From positions 1 to 58,683 of IMG/VR virus record IMGVR_UViG_3300027754_002641: 58,683 nucleotides of DNA; one strand, 5' to 3'. The position numbers were made by a program, and so were the translations under genes. The notes beneath the pieces are model-generated. The model searched no databases and had not been told where the DNA came from. It worked only from the letters and a program-made list of their open reading frames with translations. Every line of letters starts with the position of its first letter. Position 1 is the first letter of the stretch. The stretch comes from a virus. Lineage: Duplodnaviria; Caudoviricetes. Positions 57,144 to 58,683 of this stretch are shown here, one piece after another.

Positions 57144-57466
57144 GTTTCGGGCTTATACAGCCCGACTCGGTGGCATTCACGGATGATCCAAGTCATAACG
57201 TCTTGGTTATCCACTCCGGTGCGGCACCGCTTAGGGTGGCGTGATCGCCAATAGCTCATGTCTGGGTACAGGCTGGTCATAAATGCCAGCCCGTGCATTT
57301 GTATGGGGCGCAGTATCATTATGCTGCCGTCTTCTCTGCGGACGACATAGCGACGTTCCCCGGCTTTCGTGGTTGCTTCCACGAAGCCGAGGCATTCAAA
57401 CGCTGGCGCGTAGCGTTTGACGATCGTCACGTTATTGGCAGAACCGGCTGAGATATTCTTTCTCAA
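57140..57466 (-). CDS. Hypothetical protein
   Basis: 108 aa, convergent with the primase gene. Confidence 0.55.
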   Translation of the reverse strand: MRKNISAGSANNVTIVKRYAPAFECLGFVEATTKAGERRYVVRREDGSIMILRPIQMHGLAFMTSLYPDMSYWRSRHPKRCRTGVDNQDVMTWIIRECHRVGLYKPET

Positions 57467-57644
57467 CGTTTGGGTGGCGTGTGAAGATTTCCATCATACG
57501 CAGGATCGCGATCGGAATGGACGTTTCACCATGCGCATAGCGGCGCATGGTTCTGACGTTCACGCCGAATAGAACGCATAGAATGTGGCGCTTGAGAGCC
57601 GGGTGTTTCTCGCACCATTTGTTGAATTGATCTCTGTCGCTCAT
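57432..57644 (-). CDS. Small HTH protein
   Basis: LFGVNVRTMRRYAHGETSIP. Confidence 0.65.
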   Translation of the reverse strand: MSDRDQFNKWCEKHPALKRHILCVLFGVNVRTMRRYAHGETSIPIAILRMMEIFTRHPNVEKEYLSRFCQ

Positions 57645-57799
57645 CGTCCGGTCACATCAGTTGTTTTGTGCATGTGTTGCATGATAAGGCGCGGGCACAG
57701 TACGAGGTTGGCAACGTGCGGCGGCAGAGGCTTGGCGTTCGGGTACTCGGGCCGTAGCCACAGCTTGAAGCGGTCGAGCAGGGTCATGGTGCTTATCAT
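57641..57799 (-). CDS. 52-aa hypothetical protein (not in ORF track)
   Basis: MISTMTLLDRFKLWLRP...; ATGA overlaps at both ends. Confidence 0.5.
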   Translation of the reverse strand: MISTMTLLDRFKLWLRPEYPNAKPLPPHVANLVLCPRLIMQHMHKTTDVTGR

Positions 57800-58029
57800 T
57801 TTGGTTCTAATGCGCGCATTGCGCGGTATATGTCAGGGAGAAAGTAAAGCGTGTTCCAACCTAGGGAGAGTTTGTACACTTTTGCACCAGCATCAACCAT
57901 TGCGTCCGTTACGGTATATTGTGGAGGTGACGCGTAGGCGTAACTCCATGCGTCGTCATAACTTACCCCTTCATGGTGTCTGAGGTATTCCAAAAAACGT
58001 GCGGTAACTTGATTGTTGGGCATGTTCAT
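57796..58029 (-). CDS. Hypothetical protein
   Basis: VTDAMVDAG...IYRAM phage motif. Confidence 0.6.
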   Translation of the reverse strand: MNMPNNQVTARFLEYLRHHEGVSYDDAWSYAYASPPQYTVTDAMVDAGAKVYKLSLGWNTLYFLPDIYRAMRALEPK

Positions 58030-58268
58030 TTTCCATCCTTCGCGGCGCGAATTAATTCCATGTATCCGTCCAAACCTTCAACATCCCAATGAGGTTCGGC
58101 TAGCATCCCTTCTGTTGGGGTTTCCAATGCGTCGAGGGCGGCCTCTGCCATTGTTTTGTATTGCTCCCAACGCGGGCCGCTTAACGCGTTCCCGCTGAAC
58201 GGCGCGTCTGGATTGCTGTAGCCGTCGGCCACGCACATCGCCCGCGCTATCTTTTCAATCATGTTCAT
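58026..58268 (-). CDS. Hypothetical protein
   Basis: MIEKIARAMC...AEAALDALETPTEGM. Confidence 0.65.
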   Translation of the reverse strand: MNMIEKIARAMCVADGYSNPDAPFSGNALSGPRWEQYKTMAEAALDALETPTEGMLAEPHWDVEGLDGYMELIRAAKDGK

Positions 58269-58540
58269 TTCCACCACCATTTTTTATCGATGCACCGGCC
58301 AATGATTGAAAACGTGACGGCGCAGCAAACGAAAAACATGGCTGCGGTCAGGGTCCATTGGCTGAACGAGTTGTGCATCAGGCCAAGCCGGACAAGATGG
58401 CGCGTCAGCATATCGGACAGGGTGGAGAAGAACACGACAGACGATATGAGAACGCAACACAGTCCGCCCATTGTGGCGACGGCTTGCAGGTCGTCGCGGA
58501 ATATCTCCCATCGTGTTGGGACGTTGGGGTAGTCGATCAT
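58265..58540 (-). CDS. Two-TM membrane protein
   Basis: Two hydrophobic segments; ATGA coupling. Confidence 0.6.
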   Translation of the reverse strand: MIDYPNVPTRWEIFRDDLQAVATMGGLCCVLISSVVFFSTLSDMLTRHLVRLGLMHNSFSQWTLTAAMFFVCCAVTFSIIGRCIDKKWWWK

Positions 58541-58683
58541 GTCGCAGCCTCCAAAAGTTCAATGAGCTTTTCGGCCATGCGAGAATAAGCCGCCGCATAA
58601 GCCGCCGCATCAGCCGCATCAGCCGCCGCATCAGCCGCCGCATCAGCCGCATCAGCCGCCGCATCAGCCGCATAAGCCGCCGC
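58537..58683 (-). CDS. Partial Ala-rich repeat protein (C-terminus)
   Basis: AAAYAADAAAD...YSRMAEKLIELLEAAT*, in frame from the window edge. Confidence 0.7.
   Translation of the reverse strand, partial: AAAYAADAAADAADAAADAAADAADAAAYAAAYSRMAEKLIELLEAAT
58586..58683. repeat. 9/12-bp tandem repeat encoding AAD/AAAY
   Basis: (gccgccgcatca / gccgcatca / gccgccgcataa) units run to the end of the window. Confidence 0.9.

Noticed and set aside
58284-58673. MRLMRR-repeat ORF
   Set aside because: Alternative frame of the tandem repeat; the Ala-rich frame ending at 58537 is coupled to the next gene and has a typical phage C-terminus.
1-58683. tRNA, rRNA, integrase, DNA/RNA polymerase, tape measure, DGR reverse transcriptase
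   Set aside because: None recognised by eye; tRNAscan and HMM searches would be needed to confirm absence.

Overview
The window looks like a near-complete, circularly permuted genome of a tailed dsDNA phage. A podovirus-like virion is inferred from the P22-type portal/adaptor/nozzle genes, several internal (ejection) proteins and the absence of tape measure or sheath genes. A Gram-negative host is indicated by spanins; an alphaproteobacterial host is an inference from the replication gene set. Layout: early/control region (1-2.9 kb); a translationally coupled operon with an essentially complete nonulosonic (legionaminic-like) acid pathway (WbuX/PseA-type amidotransferase, HisF-like, DegT, NeuA, NeuB, PglF-type dehydratase, SDR, NeuD, NeuC; 4.2-13.4 kb) running straight into terS/terL/portal; head, tail and ejection genes (13.6-45.7 kb); lysis cassette (45.7-47.0 kb); replication/recombination and early genes (47-58.7 kb). 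The main finding is a CstII/Maf-fold sialyltransferase-like gene (24312-25202) among Ser/Thr-rich virion genes just after the major capsid gene. Together with the sugar operon it suggests a self-contained system for coating the virion with a sialic-acid-like sugar. A tandem structured RNA element precedes the capsid operon. All family calls come from motif recognition by eye, not database searches.
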